Shown here: positions 1 through 9,692 of the stretch, piece after piece | Layout: the number at the start of each line of letters is the position of its first letter | Numbering within the stretch: the first letter of the stretch is position 1 | NCBI GenBank assembly: GCA_963804645.1 | Contig: CAWDRG010000009.1 | Coordinates: 928,001 to 992,000, forward strand | Length of the DNA: 64,000 bases | Source of the DNA: an uncultured Bacillota bacterium | Lineage (GTDB): Bacteria > Sysuimicrobiota > Sysuimicrobiia > Sysuimicrobiales > Segetimicrobiaceae | Direction: 5' to 3' | The notes under the pieces: model-generated | Seen by the model: only the letters and a program-made list of their open reading frames with translations | Told to the model about the DNA's origin: nothing | Database searches by the model: none | Program-made: the position numbers and the translations under genes

Positions 1-1
1 T

Positions 2-523
2 GTACTCGAAGTACGAATCGGCGGACAGCAGTACCATGGCGCCGAACACGTCGGGATTGCGCGAACCGAGATGCCACGCGCCGAGGCCGCCGGACGAGAT
101 GCCGAACACGCCCCGGCTGTCCCGCTCCGGCAGCGTCCGATAAGTCCGATCCACGTACGAGACGATCTCACGCGTGACGTACTGCTCGAAGTTGCCGTTC
201 ACGGGCGAGTCGACCCACTGGCTGCAGCCCAGCCGGCTCCAGCCGTCGGGCATGACGACGATCATCTCCTCGGCGCCGTGGCTGCGAATCGCGTCGTCGA
301 GCACGTCTCCGATCGGCGGGCGCAGGGCGCCGTTCTGCACCCACGGGCCCTCGGTCCACCCGGTGGCGCGCCGGCCGAACCCGTGCAGCAGATAGGCGAC
401 CGGGAACCGCCGCCGCGACTGCGCGTACCCCGGAGGTAGATACACGACAAGATCTCGGCGGGTCGGATCGCCCATCACATTCCCGGCCAGCTGCTGGCTG
501 TCGATCTGCACGACCTCGATCAT
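2..523 (-). CDS. alpha/beta-hydrolase, putative esterase (Fes/PF00756-like); C-terminus runs off the window
   Basis: Own translation from ATG 523 with RBS GGGAGG: MIEVVQIDSQQLAGNVMGDPTRRDLVVYLPPGY..FPVAYLLHGFG..IVVMPDGW..RGVFGISSGG (G-x-S-x-G nucleophile elbow). Not in the supplied ORF track. Confidence 0.85.
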   Translation of the reverse strand, partial: MIEVVQIDSQQLAGNVMGDPTRRDLVVYLPPGYAQSRRRFPVAYLLHGFGRRATGWTEGPWVQNGALRPPIGDVLDDAIRSHGAEEMIVVMPDGWSRLGCSQWVDSPVNGNFEQYVTREIVSYVDRTYRTLPERDSRGVFGISSGGLGAWHLGSRNPDVFGAMVLLSADSYFEY

Positions 524-659
524 TGGTCTCCCTCCCGGCTTTCGTTGATGCACCCGATCGCTCACATGCACACCCCACCCACTACCTCGAGGAGCGCCGT
601 GGTGTCTCTGTGGCGCCGGCGTCGGAACCGCTGCCGGGCGGCGTTCGAGGTGCGGGACG

Positions 660-2456
660 CTACAGGGATGCCTCGAACAGCGGGACCCGGACCATCTCGG
701 GCACGGCGATCAAGCCCTTGTCGGTGAGCCGGATCGCGGGGATCACACTCAGCGGAAGCAGATTGAAGCCCATGAAGGGCAGCGAGCAGCCCGCCTCCGT
801 CCACGCGCGCTTGAGCGCCGCCACCTCGTCGGCCACCGCCGTGGCACGATGGTCGGACAGGAGCCCGGCGACCGGGAGCGCGACGTGCGCCCGGACCTGA
901 CCGCCGCGGACCACCACCACGCCGCCCGCCGTGTCGCGCACGGCTTCCACCGCGAGCCGCATCTCCGCTTCGTCGACGCCGGCCACGATCACGTTGTGCG
1001 CGTCGTGCCCAACGGAGCTGGCGACCGCTCCGTCGGTAAGGCCGAAGTCAGCCAGCAGCCCGTGGGCCGCGCCGCCTCTGTTTCCGTGGCGCTCCAGGAC
1101 CGCCAGAAAGCACAGGTGATGACGCGTCAGGATCTCGTCCCACGCCGCGCCTGCGGGGACGTCGATGGTGTCGTGAATCGTCGCGATCCCGGGCATCGCG
1201 ACGCGGATGATGTGGGCGCGGCAGGGCCCCGGCGGCAGCTCCGGGGTGAGGCGCGGCATCGTGGGGATTCGCACCGTCGCGTACGCGGCGCGCGGGTACG
1301 CATAGCGTTGAGACAGCGCCTCGTCCAGCGCCGCCGTGATCTTCCGGCGCTCGACGACCAACGTGCCTCCGTACCAGGTGTTCTGCGGCTCGAGGTCGTC
1401 GTTCAGCAGGACGATGTCCGCGCGGCGCCCGTGACCGAGGCCGCCGAGCTCGCCGTCCTGTCCGTATCTGGTGGCCGGGTGCAGGGAGCCCAGACTCCAT
1501 GCCGGCGGCTTCGGGACGCCCGCGGCGACGGCCTGACGGACCACCCAGTCCAGCCCGAAGTGAAAGAGATCGTCGGTGTCCCGATCATCGGTGCAGACGC
1601 AGACCCGCTTCGGGCTAGCGAGGAGCTCGGTGACGGTCCGGATCGCCGCCGGAAGGCTGTGCCACGGCGTCGTCGGAGGGCCTCCGCGGAGAAACACCCA
1701 GAGGCCCGCCTCGAGCAGGTCGTCGGCGATCTCCCGGCTGACGGCTTCATGGGTGTCGGTGACTCCGCTGGCGGCGTAGGCCGCGACGAACTCCTGCCCG
1801 TACACGTGTCCGCTCACCGGCAGTCCACGGGCCAGCGCCTGCTGGATGATCGCGTGGGAGCGGGGATCGCCCAGGGCCACTTGAACGAAGTCCATCTTCT
1901 CGCCCAGCGCGACCGCTTCCGGCCAGCGGTCGAACAGCCGGCCGATCACCTCGGGCGTGAGGCTGCCGCCGGCGGTCTCGAACTCCTCGGTGGTGGCCGG
2001 GATCGTGCTCGGTACGGTGAGGAAGATATTCAGAGGCGCCTGCCGCGCGTCTTCCAGCATCCACTCGATGCCCTGCTCGCCGCAGACGTTGCCGATCTCG
2101 TGGCTGTCCGCGAAGATCGTCGTCGTGCCGTTCAGCAGCGCCGCCTCCGCGTATGCGCACGCGGTGACCATGCTGCTTTCGATATGCACGTGCGGGTCCA
2201 CAAGCCCGGGGGCGAGGATGCCGCCGGCGGCATCGTAGAAGCGCGCGCCCGAGTCTCGCCGGCACCGGCCCGCCGGGACCACCGCGGCAATCCGGCCGCG
2301 GTGAATGAGGAGCTCTCGGTTCTCCAGCATGCGATCGGTATAGACGGACAGGATCCGCGCGCCGGTAATCACGATGTCCGGGGGGAGTCGGAACGACGCG
2401 ACCGCGGCGAGATCGCGGGTCAGTGTGTGCAGGGGAGAGACTGAGAACCGGTTCAT
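660..2456 (-). CDS. ade: adenine deaminase (amidohydrolase superfamily, with C-terminal domain)
   Basis: Motifs [62 protein letters not shown]. Start set at MNRFSV, downstream of GGAGATGAGG. Confidence 0.9.
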   Translation of the reverse strand: MNRFSVSPLHTLTRDLAAVASFRLPPDIVITGARILSVYTDRMLENRELLIHRGRIAAVVPAGRCRRDSGARFYDAAGGILAPGLVDPHVHIESSMVTACAYAEAALLNGTTTIFADSHEIGNVCGEQGIEWMLEDARQAPLNIFLTVPSTIPATTEEFETAGGSLTPEVIGRLFDRWPEAVALGEKMDFVQVALGDPRSHAIIQQALARGLPVSGHVYGQEFVAAYAASGVTDTHEAVSREIADDLLEAGLWVFLRGGPPTTPWHSLPAAIRTVTELLASPKRVCVCTDDRDTDDLFHFGLDWVVRQAVAAGVPKPPAWSLGSLHPATRYGQDGELGGLGHGRRADIVLLNDDLEPQNTWYGGTLVVERRKITAALDEALSQRYAYPRAAYATVRIPTMPRLTPELPPGPCRAHIIRVAMPGIATIHDTIDVPAGAAWDEILTRHHLCFLAVLERHGNRGGAAHGLLADFGLTDGAVASSVGHDAHNVIVAGVDEAEMRLAVEAVRDTAGGVVVVRGGQVRAHVALPVAGLLSDHRATAVADEVAALKRAWTEAGCSLPFMGFNLLPLSVIPAIRLTDKGLIAVPEMVRVPLFEASL

Positions 2457-2834
2457 GCGCGGGCTGCGCGCCTCATCTCCGGTGTGCCTTCGCAGCATGG
2501 TAGCAGGGGTAGTCATTCGCGTCAACGTTGAGTCGATCGTTTCGGGTGATGTCGCGGTGGCGCGACGGGACGACAAGCGCCGCTCCCACGCAACGCATCG
2601 GGCGGAGTTCCGGCGAGGCCGGTACACTGCCTGCCCTGACACGCGGCCATGTGAACCGCTCTCGGCCCGGCTCCATGATCGCCGCGGGAGTTGTGTGTCT
2701 TCAGTGGGGGGTGCAAATCGTCGTGCAGCCCCGCCGCGCTTCGGCGCACCCCCCTGGCATAGGCTGGAGCGGCGCAAGCATGCGCCGCGGGAGGTAGGGG
2801 CGCTGTTCTGGATCGATGGAGCTCCGTGCGGGCA

Positions 2835-2863
2835 TGGCTTATCTGCTGAAACAAGCGTATACT
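2835..2863 (+). promoter_or_regulatory. possible sigma70-type promoter TGGCTT-N17-TATACT for the wHTH gene
   Basis: Good -10 box, weak -35 box, correct 17-nt spacing, in an AT-richer patch about 120 nt upstream of 2984. Confidence 0.35.
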
Positions 2864-2983
2864 AATGGAGCTTCCCCTTCCTTACGCCCGCGACCACGAC
2901 CCCGGCAATCGGTCGGCTCCTCGGAGGAGAAGGTACGCGATCGCAGCTAGCGCGACCGGAATGACTCTCTGAGGAGGACGACC

Positions 2984-3217
2984 ATGGCAATCGACAATGA
3001 ACGGAATCTCGTCTTGGCTACCCTGCGAGATCAGTCAGGCGGCGCGAACAGCTCGGCGTTGTGCGAGCGGCTTGGTCTCGTCCAGGAAGTCGTGGAACGC
3101 CATCTTCTCTACTGTGCGGATTACGGGTTGGCGACCTGGAAGCGCATTCGGAACGGATTGGGCGTCGCGATGATCACGGATCGAGGTCGCGACTACCTAA
3201 CGCGTCAGGGCCGGTAG
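2984..3217 (+). CDS. small winged-helix DNA-binding protein
   Basis: RBS GAGGAGG. Pattern LCERLGL..VERHLLYCADYGLA..AMITDRGRDYL resembles HTH plus wing (LTxxG). Confidence 0.7.
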   Translation: MAIDNERNLVLATLRDQSGGANSSALCERLGLVQEVVERHLLYCADYGLATWKRIRNGLGVAMITDRGRDYLTRQGR

Positions 3218-3356
3218 TCTGCGGCGTCGGATTGGTTGTGCTATCCATTGACAGTGAATGGGTCGCGGACAGGCGCGGCGACGCTGTCGATGGGTACGCC
3301 GACCCGCTTTGGGCTGCGGCAGCTAGGCATTCGGCACAGTGTGCGGAGGGATTGCG

Positions 3357-3563
3357 ATGCCAAGAGAACGGCGTGAGGTCTGTAAGGAGTGCGGGCGGGC
3401 GAAGCCTGCGCTCGCGATTGAGCAGGGAGATGAATTTTGCTCGACCGGCTGCGCGCGGCGTCACAACCGGATGGGCTTGGGGGAGCGGACAAATCGTGGT
3501 ACCGACGCGCTGTGGGAGAGCGCAGAGCCCAATTTGGCGCGCGCCCTCGTCGGCAGCCACTAA
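3357..3563 (+). CDS. small Cys4 zinc-finger protein (CxxC...FCSxxC; TRASH/YacG-like pattern)
   Basis: RBS GGAGGGG before ATG 3357. Motifs CKECG and FCSTGC. Confidence 0.6.
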   Translation: MPRERREVCKECGRAKPALAIEQGDEFCSTGCARRHNRMGLGERTNRGTDALWESAEPNLARALVGSH

Positions 3564-3636
3564 TATATCGAACATGCGTACCCAAGCCGAGCGGCAGTCT
3601 AAAATACTGGCTCGTTAACCGAGTCGACAAAAACGC

Positions 3637-3665
3637 TTGTATTTACCTGACAAATTTGTCATACT
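3637..3665 (+). promoter_or_regulatory. sigma70-type promoter of csp (TTGTAT-N17-CATACT) with an embedded 14-bp palindrome
   Basis: -35 at 3637-3642 and -10 at 3660-3665. TGACAAATTTGTCA at 3648-3661 is a perfect palindrome. Confidence 0.6.
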
Positions 3666-3729
3666 TAAGGTTGCATCAGCAGACTGCATAGTCGGTTGGT
3701 AGCCTGGTACGATTGGATGGGTGAAAATC

Positions 3730-3936
3730 ATGGGAGTTGGCACAGTCAAGTGGTTCAATGCGGAGAAGGGTTACGGCTTCATTACCCCGGACGACGGCAG
3801 CAAGGATCTGTTCGTTCACTTCAGCGGCATCGTGGGCGAGGGGTACAAGTCGTTGAATGAGGGGCAGAAGGTCGAGTACGAGCCCACGCAGGGTCAGAAG
3901 GGTCCGCAGGCAAGCAACGTCCGCGTCGTAGGCTAA
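3730..3936 (+). CDS. cspA: cold-shock protein (CSD)
   Basis: [15 protein letters not shown] (RNP1), DLFVHFS (RNP2), [10 protein letters not shown]. Confidence 0.97.
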   Translation: MGVGTVKWFNAEKGYGFITPDDGSKDLFVHFSGIVGEGYKSLNEGQKVEYEPTQGQKGPQASNVRVVG

Positions 3937-3970
3937 CACACTACAACAACAGACACGCGATCCTGTGTAC

Positions 3971-4010
3971 ACGAGGGGGGCGGTTCAACCGCCCCCCTCG
4001 TAGTATTTTC
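3971..4010 (+). terminator. rho-independent terminator after csp
   Basis: 14-bp perfect stem ACGAGGGGGGCGGT/ACCGCCCCCCTCGT followed by AGTATTTT. Confidence 0.8.
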
Positions 4011-4232
4011 ACCGACCGAGCGATATTGGCTGTCTCATTTACAACAGGACGCGCGCCTGCGTGACGCCGCGCCAAGGTCCGGTGGGATGCACGTGCGCGA
4101 AAGATCCATCGCGCGCCCGATAGTCTGTGACGGCGACGTCCGGTACGGTAGCATCGACCGACGGTCAGGCTGCTCGCGGCCGCAGGCGTGGTGCGGGTCG
4201 ACGCACGTATCGGTGTTTCGGAGGCAGCGGCG

Positions 4233-5174
4233 ATGGCAGATGAACCAGCGAACGGCCCGGCGGAGGCCGCGGAGCGAACGCTTGCATTTCTGCGCCACGT
4301 CCAGGGCGGGGGGACCGTCGAGGCGACCGAGTGGATGCCCGACGAGTACCGCCAGCGGCTGATCCGGTTCATCGAGGCGCACGCCAACAGCGAGGTCATG
4401 GGCGCGCTGCCCGAGCGCGAGTGGATCCCGCGGGCGCCGTCCCTCAAGCGCAAGCTCGGCCTGACCGCGAAGGTGCAGGACGAGGTCGGCCACGGTCAAC
4501 TCCTCTACCGGATCGTCGAGGATCTCGGCAAGCCGCGCGAGCAGATGCTTCAGGATCTCATCGCCGGCCGGACGAAGTACCATAACGTCTTCCATTACCC
4601 CACGAAATCCTGGGCCGACGTCGGGGTGATCGCCTGGCTCGTTGACGGCGCCGCCGTGATCAGCCAGGGCGCACTGGTGAAGACCTCGTACGCGCCCTAC
4701 GGGCGCATCATGAAGCGCATCTGCTGGGAAGAGGCGTTTCACCTCAAGCACGGGGAGGATATCTGCCTCACGCTCGCCGCCGGGACGCCGACCCAGCGCG
4801 ACATGCTGCAGGAAGCGCTCACGCGTTGGTGGCCGCCCGTGATGATGTTCCACGGGCCTCCGACCCCGCCCGAGACGGATCCGGACCTCCGCTGGCGCAT
4901 TAAGCCCAAGCCTAACGACGTGCTGCGCCAGGAGTTCCTCGATCATTACGTGCCTCGCATCCGCGAACTCGGACTGGTGCTGCCCGACCCGCGGCTGCGC
5001 AAGGACGCCGAGACCGGCCGGTGGCTCTACACGGAGCCGGATTGGGCCGAGCTGCGGGAGATTGTCCGCGGGAACGGGCCCGCGAGCCGCGTCCGGCTTT
5101 CCTTCCGCCGCCTCAGTTACGAGGAGGGCGCCTGGGTGCGGGATGCGATCCTCGGCCGCGGTGCCGCGGCCTAG
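4233..5174 (+). CDS. paaA: 1,2-phenylacetyl-CoA epoxidase subunit A
   Basis: WMPDEYR, HANSE, APSLKRK, AKVQDEVGHG, SYAPYGR..RICWEEAFH, RWW di-iron motifs. Confidence 0.95.
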   Translation: MADEPANGPAEAAERTLAFLRHVQGGGTVEATEWMPDEYRQRLIRFIEAHANSEVMGALPEREWIPRAPSLKRKLGLTAKVQDEVGHGQLLYRIVEDLGKPREQMLQDLIAGRTKYHNVFHYPTKSWADVGVIAWLVDGAAVISQGALVKTSYAPYGRIMKRICWEEAFHLKHGEDICLTLAAGTPTQRDMLQEALTRWWPPVMMFHGPPTPPETDPDLRWRIKPKPNDVLRQEFLDHYVPRIRELGLVLPDPRLRKDAETGRWLYTEPDWAELREIVRGNGPASRVRLSFRRLSYEEGAWVRDAILGRGAAA

Positions 5175-5186
5175 CAGAGACCTCAC

Positions 5187-5495
5187 ATGAGCGAGCACAC
5201 GCTGCGCGTGTTCGAGGTGTTCAGGCAGGAAGCGCCGTCCGACGCCATGACCCACGAGGGCAGCGTGGTCGCCGCCGACATGGACCTCGCCTGCCAGTAC
5301 GCCCTCAGTGCGTTTTCACGCCGTGCCGAAGCGCACCGCCTGTGGGTGGTGCCCCGAGAGGCGATCCGCCAGATCGACGATCCTGATCTACTGCGGCCCC
5401 CGGGCGATCACCGCTACCGCTTGGCGCGCACGTACCGGGGCACGATCGAGAAGCGCCGCCGGCTGCGCGCGCGGCTGCTGGGGGAAGCGCCGTGA
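5187..5495 (+). CDS. paaB: 1,2-phenylacetyl-CoA epoxidase subunit B
   Basis: FEVFRQ..HEGSVVA..FSRRAE..LWVVP; lies between paaA and paaC. Confidence 0.9.
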   Translation: MSEHTLRVFEVFRQEAPSDAMTHEGSVVAADMDLACQYALSAFSRRAEAHRLWVVPREAIRQIDDPDLLRPPGDHRYRLARTYRGTIEKRRRLRARLLGEAP

Positions 5496-6316
5496 GGCCG
5501 GCCGCGCGCGACGCGCTCGCCCACGCGCTGCTCGCGACCGCAGACGACGAGCTCGTGCTCGGCTACCGCGACACGGAGTGGACGGGTGCGGCGCCCGTCC
5601 TCGAGGAGGACGTCGCCTTCAGCTCGATCGGGCAGGACGAGGTCGGGCACGCTCGGCTCTTCTACGCGCTCCTGCACGAGCTGACAGGGGTGCCGCTGGA
5701 CTACCGGGCGCGGCGGGCGGACGAGTATCGGCACGCCTGTTTTCTCGAGACGCAGACGGCGCCGCGCTACAGCCCCGACGGCAGCCACCGCGGCGGGAGC
5801 GACTGGGCGTACGCCATCGTCCGCCAGTACCTGTACGATCTATTCGACGCGGAGCGTCTGGCGGCGCTGCGCGCCTCGGCCTGGGACCCGCTCGCCCAGG
5901 CCGTCGACAAAGTCCAGCGCGAGGAGAAATACCATCTCCAGCACGGCCGGATGTGGCTCGAGCGTCTCGCGGGGGGCGACCAGGTCGCCCGCGGCCGGCT
6001 CGAGGCGGCGCTGGCCAGGGCATGGCCGCATGCCCTCGCGCTGTTCGAGCCGACCGAAGGGGACGATGTGTTGCTGGCGGACCGGCTCATACCCGTCGGC
6101 TCGTCGGAACTGCGGGACCGCTGGCTGGAGCGCCTGCGGCCGTCTTTTTCAGCACATCATCTGGCGTTGCCGGCCGAACGCGGCCGCTCGGGCGGCTGGA
6201 CGGTTACCGTCGCCGCGTCGGCGGGGGGCCGCGGCGGCCGGCATACGCCGGACTGGACGGATCTATGGAACGAGATGACGAGCGTGTACCGGTTGGATCC
6301 GGCGGCCATATGGTGA
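5492..6316 (+). CDS. paaC: 1,2-phenylacetyl-CoA epoxidase subunit C
   Basis: ADDELVLGYR..W...AP.LEEDVAF, DEVGHAR, EEKYH, GGRGGRHT, C-terminal PAAIW. GTGA overlap with paaB. Confidence 0.93.
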   Translation: MRPAARDALAHALLATADDELVLGYRDTEWTGAAPVLEEDVAFSSIGQDEVGHARLFYALLHELTGVPLDYRARRADEYRHACFLETQTAPRYSPDGSHRGGSDWAYAIVRQYLYDLFDAERLAALRASAWDPLAQAVDKVQREEKYHLQHGRMWLERLAGGDQVARGRLEAALARAWPHALALFEPTEGDDVLLADRLIPVGSSELRDRWLERLRPSFSAHHLALPAERGRSGGWTVTVAASAGGRGGRHTPDWTDLWNEMTSVYRLDPAAIW

Positions 6317-6831
6317 TGGACGAATCTTCGATCGTTCGGGATGCCATCTACGGGCGCGACGAGGCGACAGAGCGGGCCGCGTGGGCGGTCCTCTGCGAGA
6401 TCGCGGACCCCGAGCTGCCCACCTTGTCGCTCGTCGATCTCGGCATGATCCGCCGCGTGCGGCTGGATGGAGCCGCCGTGCACGTGGAGTTGATGCCGAC
6501 CTTTCTCGGGTGCCCCGCGCTGGCGATGATGGAGTCGATCATCGAGGAGCGGCTTCGCGCGTTCGGGACCGTCCGCGTCGAGATCGTGCGGGACGAGGCC
6601 TGGACGACCGACCGCATCACGCCGGCCGGACGCGAGAAGCTGCTCGCGGCAGGTCTTGCGCCTCCGCCGCCGGGCGCGCTCGACGACGTGGCGGCGCTCT
6701 CCGGGACGCCGTGCCCCTACTGCGGGTCCGCGGACACGGTGCTGCACAGCCCCTTCGGCCCCACGCCGTGCCGGGCGGTGCACTACTGCCGCGCGTGCCG
6801 CCAGCCGTTCGAACAGTTCAAGCCGGTCTGA
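6316..6831 (+). CDS. paaD: 1,2-phenylacetyl-CoA epoxidase subunit D (Fe-S assembly-like domain plus Zn ribbon)
   Basis: DPELPTLSLVDLG, PTFLGCPA, WTTDRIT..GREKL, CPYCGS..SPFGPTPCR..CRAC.QPFEQFK. TGATG overlap with paaC. Confidence 0.93.
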   Translation: MDESSIVRDAIYGRDEATERAAWAVLCEIADPELPTLSLVDLGMIRRVRLDGAAVHVELMPTFLGCPALAMMESIIEERLRAFGTVRVEIVRDEAWTTDRITPAGREKLLAAGLAPPPPGALDDVAALSGTPCPYCGSADTVLHSPFGPTPCRAVHYCRACRQPFEQFKPV

Positions 6832-7012
6832 AGCGCCGCCTCACGGCATCCACGGTCTCGGTCGCGTCGCACACCGTGCGGCGAGTACCCGTCGCGATCG
6901 GCTCCCCTCGGGGTGTCGGGGTGCGTTCGCAGCCGGGCCCCATACGCACGCGGTGGGGGGATCCCCGTATAATATCTCTCGTAGAAGACTCATGCTGTTC
7001 GACCGAGAGGCG

Positions 7013-7420
7013 ATGATGCGCGCGAAACTCGATCACGTTGGCATTGCGGTTCGGAATCTGGAGGACGCCGTCCGGTGCTACGGTCGGTTCGGGCTGCGGC
7101 CGTCGCGCGACGTGTCGGTCGAAGGCCTCCGCATCGCCTTTCTTCCTGCGGGAGAGAGCCAGCTCGAACTGCTGGAGCCGACCGGTCCCGACACGGTGGT
7201 GGGCAAATTCATCGAACGGCGCGGCGAAGGGCTGCACCATCTGTGCTTCGAGGTGAGCGACCTTGCGGCCGCGCTGGCGGAGTTGAGCCGCGAGGGCGTC
7301 GAGTTGGTCGATCGATCGCCTCGAGCGGGCGTCGACGGGAAAGTGGCCTTCATCCACCCGCGCTCGTGCGGCGGCGTGCTGATCGAACTGGTGGAGAAGC
7401 CCTCCGGGACGGGCTCGTGA
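7013..7420 (+). CDS. mce: methylmalonyl-CoA epimerase (VOC superfamily)
   Basis: LDHVGIAV, LELLEP, KFIERRGEGLHHLCFEV, VAFIHP...GGVLIELVE. TATAAT at 6968-6973 upstream. Confidence 0.85.
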   Translation: MMRAKLDHVGIAVRNLEDAVRCYGRFGLRPSRDVSVEGLRIAFLPAGESQLELLEPTGPDTVVGKFIERRGEGLHHLCFEVSDLAAALAELSREGVELVDRSPRAGVDGKVAFIHPRSCGGVLIELVEKPSGTGS

Positions 7421-7540
7421 TCCCGCGCGCGGCGGCGCCCCGCCCGGGGCAGGCGTTGCCGCGCCGGTGATGGAATACCCGCGTGACATCCGGTCGGGAG
7501 CACGGGTCCGCGGGCATGTCGTGAAGACCGTGAGGCGGTC

Positions 7541-8053
7541 GTGCCGGTTTCCGTCAAGCACTCTCAGTTGATCTACGATGCGCTCAAGGCGTGCGGCGTG
7601 ACCCTGGTCTCGGCGCTCCCGGAGACATGGCTCGTCCATCTCATTCGGATGGCGGAAGACGACCCGGAGATGACGCTCGTGCGCCTCGCCAAAGAGGAGG
7701 AGGGGGTCGGCATCTCCGCGGGCGCCCACCTCGCGGGCGCGAAGTCGGCGATGCTCATGCAGAACCACGGCTTTCTGGCCAGCGTGAACGGCATCGTCTC
7801 GCTGGCGCGCCTCTACCGGATTCCGCTCCTGATGCTGATCAGCTATCGCGGCGAGTTCGGCGAGCGCGATCCGTGGCAGACCGAGGGGGGCGGAACGACC
7901 GAGCCGCTGCTGCAGGCGCTCGACATTCCGTACGATCGGCTGGACGATCCCGGCCACGTCGCGCACCGGATTCGGAAGGCCCAAACGCTGGCCGAGTCGT
8001 CGCTCAAACCGGTCGCGCTGCTGCTCTGCCGGGACCTGATGTGGGAAGAATGA
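7541..8053 (+). CDS. comD: sulfopyruvate/phosphonopyruvate decarboxylase-like TPP enzyme, alpha subunit
   Basis: LPETWL, KEEEGVGISAGAHLAG, LMQNHG, IPLLMLISYRGEFGE..WQ. Confidence 0.8.
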   Translation: MPVSVKHSQLIYDALKACGVTLVSALPETWLVHLIRMAEDDPEMTLVRLAKEEEGVGISAGAHLAGAKSAMLMQNHGFLASVNGIVSLARLYRIPLLMLISYRGEFGERDPWQTEGGGTTEPLLQALDIPYDRLDDPGHVAHRIRKAQTLAESSLKPVALLLCRDLMWEE

Positions 8054-8090
8054 CGGTCCGCCGCGGCGCCGCGCCTTCCCCGGAGCACTG

Positions 8091-8669
8091 ATGCTTCGCA
8101 TCGAGGCCCTGCGGGCCGTCTATCCCCAACTGGAGCGCTGCGTCGTCGTGACGATCATGGGCGCCGTCTCGGCCGAGCTGCAGTCGATCGGGCACCGTCC
8201 CGGATTCTTCTACCTGCAGCACGCGATGGGGCTCGCGTCCTCGATGGGCCTCGGCATCGCGCTCACCCGTCCGGAACTCCCCGTGGTGGTGCTCGACGGA
8301 GACGGCTCCGTGCTCATGAACCTCGGCGGCCTGACCACGATGGCCCGCTACCGGCCGGGCAATCTGCTGCACGTGGTGTTCGATAACGAGAGCCTGCTGT
8401 CGGTCGGCGGGTTTCCGACGGCGACGTCGACCGGCAGCGACATCGCCGGGATGGCCGCCGCCGCCGGCATCCCGCGCACGGCGGAAGTCCGCACGATCGA
8501 CCAGTTCACCGCGGCGTTCGACGAGGCGCTGGGGGCCGGCGTGCTGACGACCCTGGTGGCGAAAGTAGAGGCCAAGGGGCCGCCCGTGTTTCTGACCGAC
8601 CTTCCCATGCTCGAGAACCGCTTCCAGTTCCAGCGACATCTGCGGAGCGTGCGTCCGAGTACCGGGTGA
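8091..8669 (+). CDS. comE: sulfopyruvate/phosphonopyruvate decarboxylase-like TPP enzyme, beta subunit
   Basis: TPP-binding motif LDGDGSVLMNLG..VVFDNE; AMGLASSMGLG. Confidence 0.8.
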   Translation: MLRIEALRAVYPQLERCVVVTIMGAVSAELQSIGHRPGFFYLQHAMGLASSMGLGIALTRPELPVVVLDGDGSVLMNLGGLTTMARYRPGNLLHVVFDNESLLSVGGFPTATSTGSDIAGMAAAAGIPRTAEVRTIDQFTAAFDEALGAGVLTTLVAKVEAKGPPVFLTDLPMLENRFQFQRHLRSVRPSTG

Positions 8670-8760
8670 CCGCGGGCGCCCGGACCGGGGCCGGACCGAA
8701 CGTGAGGGGCCGCCCGGATCCGGCACGGCGCCCACGACATGCGCGGAGAGGATGAGGGCG

Positions 8761-9540
8761 ATGGCGAGCGTGTTGGAACAGCTGGTCGAGGAGCTTCGGT
8801 CGGGCCGGATCCAGGTGGTCGATCTGACGCAGCCGCTTGAGGCGGACACGCCGGTCATCGGGCTGCCGCCCATCTTTGCTCCGTCGCCGGGCTTCTCTAT
8901 GGACGTGATCTCGCGCTACGACAAGGCGGGCCCGGCGTGGTACTGGAACACCCTGCACCTCGGCGAGCATACCGGCACCCACTTTGACGCGCCGATCCAC
9001 TGGGTGACTGGGAAAGACCTTCCCAACAACGCCTGCGACACGATTCCGGCCCATCGCTTCGTCGGGCCCGCCGCGGTGATCGACGCCACGGCGGAGGTCG
9101 AGCGGAACCAAGATTTTCTGCTGATGCCGGACCACGTCGCCGCGTGGGAGGCGCGTCACGGGCGCATTCCCCCGGCCTCGTGGGTCCTGCTGCGCACCGG
9201 GTGGAGCTACCGGCGCGACCCCAAGGAGTTTCTCAACGTGCAGCAAGACGGTCCGCACACGCCCGGGTTTCACAAGTCGACCTCCGAGCTCCTAGCCGGC
9301 GACCGGGGCGTCCTCGGGGTGGGCGTGGAGACCGTTGGGACCGACGCGGGACAGGCCGGCACGTTCGATCCGCCCTTTCCGAACCACACCATCATGCACG
9401 GCGCCGGGAAGTTTGGGCTGACGAGCCTGTGCAATCTCGATCGGCTTCCGCCGACCGGCGCGGTCGTGATCGCGGCGCCGCTGAGGATCGTGGATGGAAG
9501 CGGCAGCCCCGTGAGAGTGCTGGCTCTCGTCCCGGCCTGA
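8761..9540 (+). CDS. cyclase family metal-dependent amidohydrolase (kynurenine formamidase/isatin hydrolase-like)
   Basis: EHTGTHFDAPIH, VLLRTGW, GVETVGTD, GSGSPVRVLA. Confidence 0.92.
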   Translation: MASVLEQLVEELRSGRIQVVDLTQPLEADTPVIGLPPIFAPSPGFSMDVISRYDKAGPAWYWNTLHLGEHTGTHFDAPIHWVTGKDLPNNACDTIPAHRFVGPAAVIDATAEVERNQDFLLMPDHVAAWEARHGRIPPASWVLLRTGWSYRRDPKEFLNVQQDGPHTPGFHKSTSELLAGDRGVLGVGVETVGTDAGQAGTFDPPFPNHTIMHGAGKFGLTSLCNLDRLPPTGAVVIAAPLRIVDGSGSPVRVLALVPA

Positions 9541-9692
9541 GCGGCGCGGCCGGTCACCGCATATCCACCTGGGATCGGAGTGGTACGGCGCGCCCCGGAG
9601 CAGGACGCCGTGGAGACGAGCGCGTAGGACTTTCCCGTAGGTCTTCGGCCGGCCCGCGCGCTTCGGCGGGACGCGCCGCGAGGAGGATGGTG

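Noticed and set aside
2457..2700. Possible purine riboswitch upstream of adenine deaminase
   Set aside because: No match to the TATAAT..GATATGG..GTTTCTACC..CCGTAAA core seen on the minus strand.
7541..8669. Coenzyme M or phosphonate biosynthesis
   Set aside because: No comA/B/C or pepM in the window; the context is uptake and catabolism.
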